This document shows, one piece after another, positions 41,143 to 51,913 of a stretch of DNA of 64,000 bases. The stretch's first letter is position 1, and every line of letters begins with the position of its first letter. The DNA is from Salinispira sp. (lineage in GTDB: Bacteria > Spirochaetota > Spirochaetia > DSM-27196 > Salinispiraceae). The notes beneath the pieces were generated by a model. That model was not told the DNA's origin. It did not search any database and saw nothing but the letters and a program-made list of their open reading frames with translations. A program made the translations under genes and the position numbers. The stretch lies in assembly GCA_965226555.1 (NCBI GenBank), contig CBDDDG010000001.1, positions 269,951-333,950 of the forward strand. The letters are read 5' to 3'.

Positions 41143-41197
41143 GAAAGTTTTGCTACTGAAAGTTTTTCTCTGCAAAATTTTCCTATGCAAAAGTTTC
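41143..41197. repeat. Nested palindromic element with perfect 5-bp TSD
   Basis: TTGAT-gaaagttttgctactgaaagtttttctctgcaaaattttcctatgcaaaagtttc-TTGAT in the divergent intergenic region. Confidence 0.85.
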
Positions 41198-41228
41198 TTG
41201 ATGTCGAAAATAAGAGAATAGTTGCCAT

Positions 41229-43742
41229 ATGCCCAATGCAGATTTTCTTGAACGCTTTGATAAAATTCTCAACACATTCGGTAATAAATACGCAATTGCC
41301 TCAGATCGGGACGAAGATATTGAACCGGTAAAGGCTCCCGATCCAAGCGGAGGAGAAGATAGCCCATCATTTGACGATACGGAAGATATGAAAGATGGGG
41401 CTGGCGATGAAGCGCAACTGGGAATTGATCTTGATCTGGATGATTTTGGTTTTGGAGATATTGATGCCGGCGAGTTGGAGTCCAATGCCATGGATGCCGG
41501 CGATATGGAGTCCAATGCCATGGATGCCGGCGATATGGAGTCCAATGCCATGGATGCCGGCGATAGTGGCGATGGTAAAGAATCGGCGGCATATGAATCG
41601 GTATATGAAATTGATGATGCGGATTTTGCAGCGCTGAAAAAGAATCTTGCCGATTTGCCGCTCAATCTGAGAATTGAAATAGCCGGAGTTATTTCTTCCA
41701 ATAAATATCCGGTTGAAATAATACAAAACCTCATTTCATCGCTGGTACGACAGCTGTCCGCGTATGAACTTGCGCGCAGGCTTAGCAGAATTGTCGGCAA
41801 ACGCATCGTTGTTCCACGGAGCTACGAGAAACAAAGCGGGGTACAGTTCGAGAAAGAACAGGATACCTTTTCCTACAAATTCCGCACGCTAGTATGGCCG
41901 ATCCTTCGCCTTTTCCTTGTGGGAACGGTACTCGTTTCTGTGTTGGGTGTTATAGCGTACTGGTATGTGTATCAGCCACTGCGGGCGCGGAATCTCTATG
42001 TTCAGGGCTTGGAAAGCGTTGAGCTTCAGGAATATGAACGGGCAAATTATCTCTTTGATCAGGCCTATAATATCTGGCCGGCAAATAAACGTTTTTTCGA
42101 CTATGCGCAGGCCTTCAGAGAGGAACGGCAGTTTTCTCTTGCGCGGGAAAAATATGAAACACTTCTTAGCGCAGACATTGACCCTCTCAATAAAAATGGT
42201 ATTCTGGAGTTCGGCAATTTCAGCACCTATGTTCTGAGAGACTACGAAACATCGCTGGAATATCTCGATCGGTTCCTTGCTGATGATCCCTGGGATTATG
42301 AAGTGCTCCTCGGCAGGGGAGATACCTTTCTTGAATGGGGTATGCAGTTTGATACTACCGAAATGAGGGATGAGCTCTTTGAACAGGCGCGTTTCACCTA
42401 CGCCTCCCTCATTGGGGAATATGGAGAAACCGATGAGCTCCTGTTCCGAATGCTCCGCTATTTTATCCTCACCGAAAAGGTTGAAGAAATTCTTGAGCTT
42501 GAAAACTTCTTCCTGAGCGATGCGGATGCCGAACTTGACCTCTACGGTCTCACAATGCTGACAGGATTCCTCCTCGACCTTGCCCAGTCGGGCGCCTATG
42601 GTTCTCCCGGAAGTGCAGATCCGGTGGAAGCATATATTGATGGATTAACACAGGTCAATAGCAGTTCCCGCTTTCTTGATGATGCATTCCGGGTTCTGAA
42701 TATGGCATTGGAGATTAGCAATGAAATCCCCGATCTTCATTATTATCGCGCCCGCTATTCGAGAGAAGTAGATGATCTTCAGGGTGAAATAACAGCGCTG
42801 AAAAATGCCCGCGAACTCTACGAAGAACTTCGCCGAGAGCGCCCGCTGAACCGCGTCGAAATTGCCCAGGAAATTGACACCCATGTCCGTGAAGGAGAAG
42901 TATTTTACCGTCTCGGCGAGCTTCTGAGCGCTGAGAGTAGCTATCGCAGGGCAATTGACCTCTATACGCAGGCTATTGCTGCGCGAAAGGTGCAGCCGGA
43001 ACCGATGTTCGGCAGAGTATATGCGAATTTGGGCGATATCTATTACTTTCATGCCAGCGATTATGAAACTGCGGAGGAGCTCTATATTCTCGCCCGTACA
43101 AACTCCTATGGAAGCATTACCGAATTTCCCGAGCGTTTTCAGGAACGTCAGGAGCTGGCCTACAAATTGGGTTTCATACATCTCTTTCAGGCAAGTTCTC
43201 TGAACCCCGAGGATCGTCAGACTGAAACGAAACGGCAGGATGTGTTAGACAAGGCAATTACTGAATTTAATATAGCCCAAGGGGTTATTCCAACAGCGAA
43301 TCTTAACCTTCTCTATGCCCGGGCAAACACCCAGTACATGCGTCAGAACTATTACGACGCCTCCAGTCTTTACCAAATTTTGTTGGATGAACTTACCACC
43401 GAGAGGGTAAGCATATCGACCTTCCTGCTTGAGGAAGACGATCAGCATACGGCCCTCATAGACTATCAGATTCGTGTGAACAATAATTTGGGAGTAACGT
43501 TCTACCGTCTCTATGAACAGGTCGGGGAATCGGGGCGAAATTTCTTTGCCCAAAGCCAGTTGTTTTTGAGCCGATCCACCGAGTTAGCCGAGAACTTGGC
43601 GCGAGATAACGAAACTGCTGTCCGCGCCGATACACGACCCCTTGCCTATTTGAACCTTGCCCGCATACTTGCGCCGGAATTTATTGGAGATGTTCAGATT
43701 GATCCTGATATCCGAAAAGATCTGAAGTCGGCAACATTTTAG
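41229..43742 (+). CDS. flcA: Periplasmic flagellar collar protein FlcA-like (TM plus TPR)
   Basis: Acidic N-terminus, LPLNLRIEI, single TM and TPR array; neighbours match my recollection of the Borrelia flcA context; 30-bp tandem repeat at 41463-41564. Confidence 0.72.
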   Translation: MPNADFLERFDKILNTFGNKYAIASDRDEDIEPVKAPDPSGGEDSPSFDDTEDMKDGAGDEAQLGIDLDLDDFGFGDIDAGELESNAMDAGDMESNAMDAGDMESNAMDAGDSGDGKESAAYESVYEIDDADFAALKKNLADLPLNLRIEIAGVISSNKYPVEIIQNLISSLVRQLSAYELARRLSRIVGKRIVVPRSYEKQSGVQFEKEQDTFSYKFRTLVWPILRLFLVGTVLVSVLGVIAYWYVYQPLRARNLYVQGLESVELQEYERANYLFDQAYNIWPANKRFFDYAQAFREERQFSLAREKYETLLSADIDPLNKNGILEFGNFSTYVLRDYETSLEYLDRFLADDPWDYEVLLGRGDTFLEWGMQFDTTEMRDELFEQARFTYASLIGEYGETDELLFRMLRYFILTEKVEEILELENFFLSDADAELDLYGLTMLTGFLLDLAQSGAYGSPGSADPVEAYIDGLTQVNSSSRFLDDAFRVLNMALEISNEIPDLHYYRARYSREVDDLQGEITALKNARELYEELRRERPLNRVEIAQEIDTHVREGEVFYRLGELLSAESSYRRAIDLYTQAIAARKVQPEPMFGRVYANLGDIYYFHASDYETAEELYILARTNSYGSITEFPERFQERQELAYKLGFIHLFQASSLNPEDRQTETKRQDVLDKAITEFNIAQGVIPTANLNLLYARANTQYMRQNYYDASSLYQILLDELTTERVSISTFLLEEDDQHTALIDYQIRVNNNLGVTFYRLYEQVGESGRNFFAQSQLFLSRSTELAENLARDNETAVRADTRPLAYLNLARILAPEFIGDVQIDPDIRKDLKSATF

Positions 43743-44839
43743 TCGAACATCCACCCGTAACGATCTTCTATTGCCCCGTATTGGATTCCCTTGAGAGTAT
43801 GGAGTAGTTCCCGAGTGAGTTCGCCCATTTTGCCCCCATTGAATACGGCAGTTTTTCCCTTATGAGTTATGGATTCAAGGAAGCTTACCCCCGCAGCTGT
43901 TCCGGTAACGAACGATTCCTGAGTATCAGACAGAACTTCGTCTATACTTATACGGCGTTCTTCAACTGTTATCCCCACATCCTTCGCCAGCTGCATAATA
44001 CTGCGGCGGTTTATGCCATTCAGGATGCGTTGTTCAAGTTCCGGGGTAACCAGAGTTCCGTTTTTAAGCAGAAAAAAGATATTACAGCTCGAACCTTCTT
44101 CAACATAGCGTTGTTCCCGGTAATCGAGAAAAATAGACTCCATATATCCTTCCGCAATTGCCTGCATTTTGGCGATAATGGGAATAACATAGTTTGCCGT
44201 ACACTTAATCCAGCCGGTTCCCTTATCGGTTGATCGTATCATTTCAGTTGTTATCGCCCTGCTGTTGGCATGAGGATCAAAGTATGATCCAACTGGTGTA
44301 GTAATAATGACCACCGACGGATTATGGCTCAGGTTGAGTCCGATACCGCCTTCTGCCCAGGTGAAGGGACGAATATAGATTGATTCGGCGGACAGAAAGT
44401 TACTGCGCTCCCATTCGGCATTGTATGCTGGTTTGAATCCGAGCTCATTGTTTCGGCGCAGAATTTCTTTTACTGCCCGCAGGAACAATTCTTCGGGAAA
44501 TTCCGGCAGGTGTAATCCTGCCATCGATTCCCGAAAACGTTTCGCATTAAGATCGGGGCGAAAAATCCGTATGCTGCCGTCTTTCTGCGGAAAACCCTTC
44601 AACCCTTCAAAACAGCCCAAGCCGTATTGGCTAGTATAATTAACGAAGGGCATTTCGGGAAAACTATTCCTTCTCTGTCTGAATTGATTCTGGCTGTTTG
44701 CATCCAGACCGGCTTCTTCAGCGGGACTCAGATGAGGCTTTTCAATATATTGTTCTTCCCATGCCTTATTGCCGGCTGCATTACCGGTGAATTGTGCGGT
44801 ATACGTCCATGGATACAATGAAAGTGTAAACCCTGCCAT
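43739..44839 (-). CDS. ilvE: Branched-chain amino acid aminotransferase
   Basis: YGLGCFEGLK, FRPDLNA.R, YIRP, EEGSSCNIF, ILNGINR and GTAA motifs. Confidence 0.9.
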   Translation of the reverse strand: MAGFTLSLYPWTYTAQFTGNAAGNKAWEEQYIEKPHLSPAEEAGLDANSQNQFRQRRNSFPEMPFVNYTSQYGLGCFEGLKGFPQKDGSIRIFRPDLNAKRFRESMAGLHLPEFPEELFLRAVKEILRRNNELGFKPAYNAEWERSNFLSAESIYIRPFTWAEGGIGLNLSHNPSVVIITTPVGSYFDPHANSRAITTEMIRSTDKGTGWIKCTANYVIPIIAKMQAIAEGYMESIFLDYREQRYVEEGSSCNIFFLLKNGTLVTPELEQRILNGINRRSIMQLAKDVGITVEERRISIDEVLSDTQESFVTGTAAGVSFLESITHKGKTAVFNGGKMGELTRELLHTLKGIQYGAIEDRYGWMFD

Positions 44840-44865
44840 TCCCGCTTCCCGCTTTGTAAAAGCTT

Positions 44866-45705
44866 CTATTGCTGCCGGGTAAAGCTCAGGGGATAGCCTA
44901 AGATTTCAAACGTCAGCGGACTTCCACTTCCGTGAAGGATGTAAGCCCGCGATCCCTCAATTTCGAACATGCTTTCTCCGTCACAGTCACTGATTGTAAG
45001 TGAGGCTCCGCTCACCGCGTAAACACAGGTCGTTGTTACCCCCCCTATCGCGAGTGTGAAGGCAGCATCATTGGCGAATGTCAATGTTACCGTTCCGAGT
45101 GACGGGACTTCTGTTGTCCACGTCCCTACTAAGGCAGAGTTTTCCACCGGCTCGGTGGGCGGTTCATTGACGGGCGGATCCTCGGGTGTTGGTTTCTCGG
45201 CGGGCGGTTCATTGACGGGCGGATCCTCGGGTGTTGGTTTCTTGGCGGGCGGCTCCTCGGGCGCCGCATTTGTATTCTGCCGGGTGAGGGTGAAATCAGT
45301 CAAAATAGCAAAGGTGAGGGTATTGTTGGTAATGGTATAAGCAAGTTCGTCTATATTCAATAGTAACAGAACTGTTGATACGTTTCCTCCCTCACAATTA
45401 TCTATCGTAATTGCGCTCCCTGTATCCTCGTAGTCACAGGTAACTTTCACATTCTCAGACGAGTCTGGGAATATGCCGCGGACAAGTACATTGGAGGATG
45501 GTATGGTAGCTGCGGTGAATGTTGCCGTCGTATCGGTGAATGTTAACGTTACCGCTCCCAGTTCATCGAATTCTCCTGTCCAAAGCCCCACTAAGGACGA
45601 ATCAGTATTGGGATTGGGATCTGCCATGGGTTCCGGGTCCATCGGACATCCTGCCAACATAGTCATCGCGACAATAACTATAACAAATTGAATTACTTTT
45701 CTCAT
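44866..45705 (-). CDS. Lipoprotein with two lipocalin-like beta domains and a Pro-rich linker
   Basis: AGGAG RBS, MRKVIQ...LAGC; two SLVG.W...VTLTF...TC.Y...IT...C domains; duplicated KPTPEDPPVNEPP. Confidence 0.75.
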   Translation of the reverse strand: MRKVIQFVIVIVAMTMLAGCPMDPEPMADPNPNTDSSLVGLWTGEFDELGAVTLTFTDTTATFTAATIPSSNVLVRGIFPDSSENVKVTCDYEDTGSAITIDNCEGGNVSTVLLLLNIDELAYTITNNTLTFAILTDFTLTRQNTNAAPEEPPAKKPTPEDPPVNEPPAEKPTPEDPPVNEPPTEPVENSALVGTWTTEVPSLGTVTLTFANDAAFTLAIGGVTTTCVYAVSGASLTISDCDGESMFEIEGSRAYILHGSGSPLTFEILGYPLSFTRQQ

Positions 45706-45833
45706 AAAGGTAATCTCCTGTAAAATTAAGATAAGTGCCTGATCGAACAGGCTCATAGTTACATTATCGCAGTTTTATCAGAACATTGCAAGGGAAATTG
45801 GGAAATAAATTGGGAAATAAAATGAAAATATAG

Positions 45834-45863
45834 TTGACATATCCAATATACATCTGCTATGAT
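45834..45863 (+). promoter_or_regulatory. Sigma70-type promoter
   Basis: TTGACA-18 bp-TATGAT with extended TG. Confidence 0.6.
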
Positions 45864-45937
45864 ATCACAAAACCTAAGAATAAAGGGGCATTATGCCTTC
45901 GTTGAAGGTAAGCCCCATAACTTCAAGGAGGAACTAT

Positions 45938-47359
45938 ATGAAAAGGTTCAGTTTAATATTGATTACCTTGGTGCTTTTCGGCGGAGCATTTGTATCTGCC
46001 CAAGAATATGCGCCAAGCATATCAATAGATGGTAAGGTCGATCTCATATTTGATTTTGATCTCGGCGAGACCGAGCTCAATATTGAAAACGTAATCGAAA
46101 CTAATCTTGTACTCAAATTCGTGCCGGAAGGCGATGCGATGACGATGGAGGGAGATGGTGTATACGGGGAAATTAAGCTCGAAAATTTTGGCATCAGTCT
46201 TGATTCCGATAATATTGAGGAGGTAACGGGAACGTTAATAAGCGGTGGTGATGAAGATACGTACTATTTTCTAAAGGAACCATTGATCAAGGAGCCCAGT
46301 GTTACCGCGAGCATCTATTTGATCGGAAAGATGTTCTACATCACAGTTACCTCTGACGATGTCAAAACCGACTTCACGCCAGCCATTTTTCTAGATGCAA
46401 TTGGCGATGGTGATGATGGTGCCGGCGGTGTCGAAAACCCCCTTCATCCCGCTACTAATGATGACGAACCAACGTTTTTTGATGGTGGTGTAAAAGGAAG
46501 CATTACCGTTGGTACCAACAATGACATTCTTGATGCCTCCCTCATTCTCGGAGATCATGATGCCGATGGCAGCGGGGAGCTCGGGTATGACATTGATGGC
46601 GATGGCATGATTGAAGCAGATGAGGAAGAAGCCAATGCCCTAGACATTCTTCTGAAACTCAGTCTCGATGCCGTTGAAAACCTCACGCTTGAGGCGGGCA
46701 TTGGGCTTAATGCAATTGGGGTAGAAGAAGAGCATGCCCGTGCTCAGGAACAAGCAATTGCCTTTGGAGCGAAGGCAGGTTATAACTTTGCCGCTCTGGG
46801 GATTCCGATTGACTTTAGTGTTTCCTTCGATGGTAAACAACTCTTTGGTGAGGATGCCAAGGGTGAGGATGCCGATTTTGAATCGGAACTTGGTCTGACT
46901 CTTGATCTCGGTCTTTTGGGCGGAGAAATCGGTGTGGCATATGCAACCAATTTTACCAACCATGCTTTTCTTCTGGGAGCAAATACCGGTGAAATTCTTC
47001 CCGTCGTTCTGGATGTCGGGTTTGAACTCGGAGTTATGGAAGAAGATGATCCTGATTACGGTGTTCACGGTTCTTCAGCAGGAACTGACTTGGCCATTAC
47101 CGGAGGTTTTAAGGTTCCGCTTGGTTTCATAGAACCCTATGGAAATGTGAAACTGGCATCCATCGGCACTAATTCCGCTGTGAAAGGCGAAAATGAGGAT
47201 GATGCTTTGAGATTGGCAGGTAAGGTTGGTGTTAAGCTGATAAATGTCATTGAAAATGTCGACTTCGATCTGAATCTTGATGCTGGCTATCACACTCTCA
47301 ATCTTCCTGATGCACCCCTTGATGCAGCCATTAAATTCACAACAACAATTAAATACTAA
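45938..47359 (+). CDS. Msp-like outer-membrane/outer-sheath beta-barrel protein
   Basis: AAGGAGG RBS, signal peptide, amphipathic beta strands, C-terminal FTTTIKY; very acidic. Confidence 0.65.
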   Translation: MKRFSLILITLVLFGGAFVSAQEYAPSISIDGKVDLIFDFDLGETELNIENVIETNLVLKFVPEGDAMTMEGDGVYGEIKLENFGISLDSDNIEEVTGTLISGGDEDTYYFLKEPLIKEPSVTASIYLIGKMFYITVTSDDVKTDFTPAIFLDAIGDGDDGAGGVENPLHPATNDDEPTFFDGGVKGSITVGTNNDILDASLILGDHDADGSGELGYDIDGDGMIEADEEEANALDILLKLSLDAVENLTLEAGIGLNAIGVEEEHARAQEQAIAFGAKAGYNFAALGIPIDFSVSFDGKQLFGEDAKGEDADFESELGLTLDLGLLGGEIGVAYATNFTNHAFLLGANTGEILPVVLDVGFELGVMEEDDPDYGVHGSSAGTDLAITGGFKVPLGFIEPYGNVKLASIGTNSAVKGENEDDALRLAGKVGVKLINVIENVDFDLNLDAGYHTLNLPDAPLDAAIKFTTTIKY

Positions 47360-47390
47360 TGTAGTTGTTTGAAAAAAATTATACATTCTT

Positions 47391-47420
47391 ACGGTCTCCA
47401 GTTTCTGGAGACCGTTTATT
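47391..47420 (+). terminator. Terminator-like hairpin
   Basis: ACGGTCTCCAG-TTT-CTGGAGACCGT then TTATT. Confidence 0.7.
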
Positions 47421-47475
47421 ATTCTTCGCTGATTTTTGATAACATTCACCCAATACAATTTTTCGGGAGCTTCCA

Positions 47476-48204
47476 ATGAAACTACTACAAAAAACAAGGC
47501 GGTTGCTCGCCCTGTTGCTCTGCTGCGCTGTTTTCGCGCTTGGCGCGCAGGAGCAGCCGTCATGGCATTTCGTGCAAATTCCCTTAGCGGCAGATGAAGA
47601 GTTTATTCGGGAAGAAATTGCGCAGTTTATGGAGGACGGGTATTATCCGGTTGGGCTGGAAGTGCAGGGCGGCAATACGCTTTCGCTTCTGGGGCAGCGC
47701 CTTCAGCAGAAGTTGGGGAAGAAACAGCGGGAAAGCAGCGCCCCGCGCAACTTCCGCCTTCAGCAGTTTAGCAACTTTGAAACACTTTCTGCCGAGTTTG
47801 CCAGTCTTCTCAGCGTAGGTTGGGAGCCCGCTGGCCTTGCATTCGCTGGTGAAAGTATGATCGGGCTTTTTCTCGCCGGGTCGGAGCGGCTCACTGCTGG
47901 GAAAATGTTGCCGGTTATCGGGAATACCTTTCTGGAACGTCAGCAAAGCATTAACCGCATGGTCGCGGAGGCCAATGCCGAGGGTCTGGAGCCCTTTGCG
48001 CTTAGCCGCCTGCAGGGGCAGCTCAGAATTGGTTTCGTAACATCGCATCGCTGGGAAAATCCCCGCGGCAATTATATTCTGGATCGCTATGAAAACGATG
48101 GCATTTCATTTGTGGAAGGCATTAATGCTCGCCTCGCCGAGGGGTACCAGATCAGCGGCTATCATTTTCATGAAGGTCAAATCTATATTGGCTTCTATCA
48201 ATAA
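47476..48204 (+). CDS. Secreted hypothetical protein with an internal repeat (..GY.P.G..)
   Basis: Signal peptide; four weakly repeated units. Confidence 0.6.
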   Translation: MKLLQKTRRLLALLLCCAVFALGAQEQPSWHFVQIPLAADEEFIREEIAQFMEDGYYPVGLEVQGGNTLSLLGQRLQQKLGKKQRESSAPRNFRLQQFSNFETLSAEFASLLSVGWEPAGLAFAGESMIGLFLAGSERLTAGKMLPVIGNTFLERQQSINRMVAEANAEGLEPFALSRLQGQLRIGFVTSHRWENPRGNYILDRYENDGISFVEGINARLAEGYQISGYHFHEGQIYIGFYQ

Positions 48205-48369
48205 GCAGATACCAATCAAAAACTTTCAAAAACTTTCAAAAACTTTCAAATATATTCATTCATCATGCTTATTTATCCCGTTATTCTTGTAAGAACAAAA
48301 TATTGGTTAGTTTGATTAGAATGGGGAAAACCCCGTTCGCTATTCCAATATTAAACGTGGAGGTATTGT

Positions 48370-48774
48370 ATGAGTGGAAATCTTAATTCAGTGCTCATTG
48401 ATGGCAATCTAACCCGTGATCCGGAGACAAAAACAACTCCCCGGGGAAGTAAGATCTGTAATTTCGGCCTTGCATCTAATCGTTACTATGAACAGAACGA
48501 TGAGAGAGTGAAGGAAGTCAGCTTTTTTGAGATAGAGAGCTGGTCGCGTCTGGCGGAAGCCTGCGGGAACCATCTCACTAAGGGGCGGGGTGTGCGTGTT
48601 GTCGGCCGCTTGAAGCAGGATCGCTGGGCTGATCCCGAGGGAAATGCCCGCAACAGGGTTAAGATAGTGGCGGAGCACATTATCTTCAAACCCATTATTA
48701 CCAAGCCTGCCGAAGCCGACAATACAATTGAGGAGGGAACACAATACGACCTTGCAGTTGCTGAGAACGAATAA
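48370..48774 (+). CDS. ssb: Single-stranded DNA-binding protein
   Basis: LNSVLI.GNLTRDP and KGRGVRVVGRLKQDRW motifs. Confidence 0.95.
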   Translation: MSGNLNSVLIDGNLTRDPETKTTPRGSKICNFGLASNRYYEQNDERVKEVSFFEIESWSRLAEACGNHLTKGRGVRVVGRLKQDRWADPEGNARNRVKIVAEHIIFKPIITKPAEADNTIEEGTQYDLAVAENE

Positions 48775-48816
48775 CAGCTAATTTTTTGCTTGAATGTATT
48801 CATGCGTAATGGTAGG

Positions 48817-50307
48817 ATGTTCCCTGATATGCAGAATGCACTGGTCAAAATCATAAGCGCAGATACATTCACTCCTCTTTCCCTTGCCCGAAAATTACGG
48901 GCAAGGGTTATTTTGGAATCTTCTACATATTTGAAGGGACGTTCCCGATATTCACTTCTCATGATTGATGAAGCCTTCACCCTTTTTCAGGAGGGCAGGG
49001 AAATGTATCTTCGCTTCGCCGACAGCGGGCAGGCTGGCAATTCGGGGAGGAACAGCGGGCAGGCAGGGGCGCGCCAGGGAATTCACCGGATTAACAGCGC
49101 AGCCCGTGATATTCTGGATGTGCTCAGGTATTTTGCCGATCAGCACAAAGCGATGCATCAGGATTTTCCCTTTCCCGCAGGCGGTATTGGATTCTGTAGT
49201 TTTGAATTTTCCCGTTTTTGCGATTCTATCCGTCTGCCCGAGAAGAATGATGAACTCAATCTTCCCGACGCTGCCTTCATTTTCGGGCATAGTTTTGTTA
49301 TTTTTGACCATTATACCGATCAGTTGTATCTCATCGCAGTACGGTACCGTGAAAAACAGGTTGACCTTGAGGAAACAATCGGGAGTCTCGAAAAACGGAT
49401 AAACGATCTGAATTTTAATTATCTCCAACAGAGAGACACTACCTATGAACTTGAAGAAATAAGCGCGGCAGATCATGAAGATATATATACCTCAATGGTT
49501 ACAACAATTCGGGAAGAAATTATTGCCGGAAATCTTCTTCAGGCAGTACCGAGCCGCCGCCGCCGATTCAGAACCACAATACCGGCGATAGAGGCCTACC
49601 GCACCCTTCGGCAGACTAACCCCTCTCCATATATGTTTTATCTTGATTTTTCTTCTTATCAACTCTTCGGTACGAGTCCTGAAGTGCATCTGCGGGCAAA
49701 AGAAGGCAGGGCATTAATTCGTCCTATTGCCGGAACCAGACGCCGCGGTAAGGATAAAACCGAAGATGCCGCCCTTGAGAAGGAGCTGCTTGGCGATGAG
49801 AAGGAAAAATCCGAACATCTCATGCTTGTTGATCTTGGAAGAAATGATCTGGGACGGGTTTGCAAACCTGCCAGTGTCCGTGTTGCCGAGAGTATGGTTG
49901 TTGAGCGTTATTCACAGGTTATGCACATTGTTAGTCAGGTTGAGGGCGATCTTGAAGAAGGGAAATGCGGTATTGATGCACTTCGCGCCACCTTCCCAGC
50001 CGGCACCGTGAGCGGCGCGCCGAAAATTCGGGCCATTGAAACAGTTCACCGCCTGGAACCGGTGCAGCGCCGTTTTTATGCCGGAATTGTTGCATATGTT
50101 GAACCCGGGGGAGATATGGACAGTTGCATTGTTATCCGCTCAGCCCTCTACAAGGACGGGGTGCTTAACCTGCAGGCCGGCGGCGGCATAGTGTACGACA
50201 GTAAACCGAGCCGGGAACTTGAAGAAACAAATGAAAAAATGGCAGCTCTTCTCCATGCCATTAATATTGTCGGAAGCCGAAGGAGGCCAAATGATCATTC
50301 TCATTGA
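48817..50307 (+). CDS. trpE: Anthranilate synthase component I
   Basis: NPSPYMF, SPE, PIAGTR.RG, EHLMLVDLGRND and PAGTVSGAPK motifs; start uncertain (48790-48829). Confidence 0.93.
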   Translation: MFPDMQNALVKIISADTFTPLSLARKLRARVILESSTYLKGRSRYSLLMIDEAFTLFQEGREMYLRFADSGQAGNSGRNSGQAGARQGIHRINSAARDILDVLRYFADQHKAMHQDFPFPAGGIGFCSFEFSRFCDSIRLPEKNDELNLPDAAFIFGHSFVIFDHYTDQLYLIAVRYREKQVDLEETIGSLEKRINDLNFNYLQQRDTTYELEEISAADHEDIYTSMVTTIREEIIAGNLLQAVPSRRRRFRTTIPAIEAYRTLRQTNPSPYMFYLDFSSYQLFGTSPEVHLRAKEGRALIRPIAGTRRRGKDKTEDAALEKELLGDEKEKSEHLMLVDLGRNDLGRVCKPASVRVAESMVVERYSQVMHIVSQVEGDLEEGKCGIDALRATFPAGTVSGAPKIRAIETVHRLEPVQRRFYAGIVAYVEPGGDMDSCIVIRSALYKDGVLNLQAGGGIVYDSKPSRELEETNEKMAALLHAINIVGSRRRPNDHSH

Positions 50308-51904
50308 TAATTACGATTCCTTTACCCATAATCTTTATCAGTATTTCAGGGAGATCAGCGATGAAGCGGTAGAGGTACTTCGTCACGATGAACTCTCGGT
50401 GTCAGAGATAATGAGCCGCAATCCTGACCGTATTGTCATTGGTCCGGGGCCGGGGCGTCCGGAAAATGCGGGTATCAGTCTTGATCTCATTAAGACCTGC
50501 ACCGGAAAAATTCCTGTGCTGGGGATTTGTTTGGGGCATCAGGTAATTGCGCAGGCCTTTGGCGCTGAAATTGTTCAGTCGAAGCAGATTGTGCATGGTA
50601 AAACGGAAGCAATACTCCATGATGGTAAGGGGCTTTTTCGCTCAATTCCTCAGAACACCCTTTTCACACGTTATCATAGCCTCGTTGTAAGCGAATCGAC
50701 CCTGTTTGATGATTTTGAGATAAGCGCCCGTTCGGTGGATGGTGATATTATGGGGATACGGCATCGGGAATTCTTTCTTGAGGGGGTACAGTTTCATCCT
50801 GAATCCATTGCATCAGAGTACGGCAAACAGATTCTGCGGAATTTTCTTCATTACCGTCGGGAACCCTTCATGCTGCAAACGAGGCTCCAGGATCTCATTG
50901 CCGGAAACAATATGAGTGAGAAAGAAGCCGAAGATTTTATGACTGAGCTTACCGAAGGAAATTTATCCGACATACAAATAGCGGCCTTCCTTACCGCTTT
51001 GAATGCAAAGGGAATTACATCGGAGGAAATTGCCGGCTGCGCTCGGGTTCTCCAGCACAAACGTGTTCCTGTTACCTGTTCCCTGCCTCTGCTTGATACC
51101 TGCGGTACGGGCGGAGATGGTCTCGGCACCTTCAATATCAGCAGTATGGCAGCTCTTGTGAGTTCGGCCTGCGGCGCTTCAGTGGCAAAGCACGGAAATC
51201 GGGCGGTAAGCAGTAAGAGCGGTTCAGCCGATTTCTATCGGGCGCTCGGTCTGGATATTGATCTTAGGCCCGATGAGGCTGAGAAACTTTTGCAGAGAAA
51301 CCATTTTGCCTTTCTCTTTGCCCCTGTCTATCATAATGCAATGAAGTATGCGGCGCCTGCCCGCAAGGATCTCAAAATAAAGACTATTATGAACCTGCTT
51401 GGTCCTCTCGTGAACCCGGCCGGAGCCGAGTATCAAATTATCGGTGTGTACGATGCGGCTCTGGTACCCGTTATGGCTCAGGCTGTACAGATGCTCGGCA
51501 TTACACGCGGGCTGGTCGTTCATGGACGTGATGGAGAAGATGAAATCTCAATAACCGGAACGTCTCTCATTGCTGAGATACAAGAAGATGGGAGTCTGCT
51601 TCAGTATGAGTTTGATCCTGCTGTCCACTCTATCCCCTTGTACAGTCCGCAGGAATTGCTTGGGTCCAATGCTGAAACAAATGCCCGAATGGCTGAAGAG
51701 ATCATTAACGGGGAGGGCAGCGATGCCGTAAGAGATTCAGTCTGCCTTAATGCGGGCGCCGCGCTTTATGTGTATGGACTGGCACCGGATATTGCGCGTG
51801 GTTTCTCAATGAGCAGGGAAGCAATTACCTCCGGAAAACTCCGCAGCAAAATTGAAGATACCATGAGTATTACAAAGGAAATTAAGGCAATTCAGGCAGA
51901 ATAG
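50291..51904 (+). CDS. trpGD: Anthranilate synthase component II / anthranilate phosphoribosyltransferase fusion
   Basis: IDNYDSFT.NL, GICLGHQ and QFHPES, then DTCGTGGDG, KHGNR.VSS.SGSAD and NLLGPL.NP. Confidence 0.93.
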   Translation: MIILIDNYDSFTHNLYQYFREISDEAVEVLRHDELSVSEIMSRNPDRIVIGPGPGRPENAGISLDLIKTCTGKIPVLGICLGHQVIAQAFGAEIVQSKQIVHGKTEAILHDGKGLFRSIPQNTLFTRYHSLVVSESTLFDDFEISARSVDGDIMGIRHREFFLEGVQFHPESIASEYGKQILRNFLHYRREPFMLQTRLQDLIAGNNMSEKEAEDFMTELTEGNLSDIQIAAFLTALNAKGITSEEIAGCARVLQHKRVPVTCSLPLLDTCGTGGDGLGTFNISSMAALVSSACGASVAKHGNRAVSSKSGSADFYRALGLDIDLRPDEAEKLLQRNHFAFLFAPVYHNAMKYAAPARKDLKIKTIMNLLGPLVNPAGAEYQIIGVYDAALVPVMAQAVQMLGITRGLVVHGRDGEDEISITGTSLIAEIQEDGSLLQYEFDPAVHSIPLYSPQELLGSNAETNARMAEEIINGEGSDAVRDSVCLNAGAALYVYGLAPDIARGFSMSREAITSGKLRSKIEDTMSITKEIKAIQAE

Positions 51905-51913
51905 GGGAGAATA

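Noticed and set aside
48775..48830. trp attenuator or leader peptide
   Set aside because: No Trp-rich leader or terminator/antiterminator is visible between ssb and trpE.
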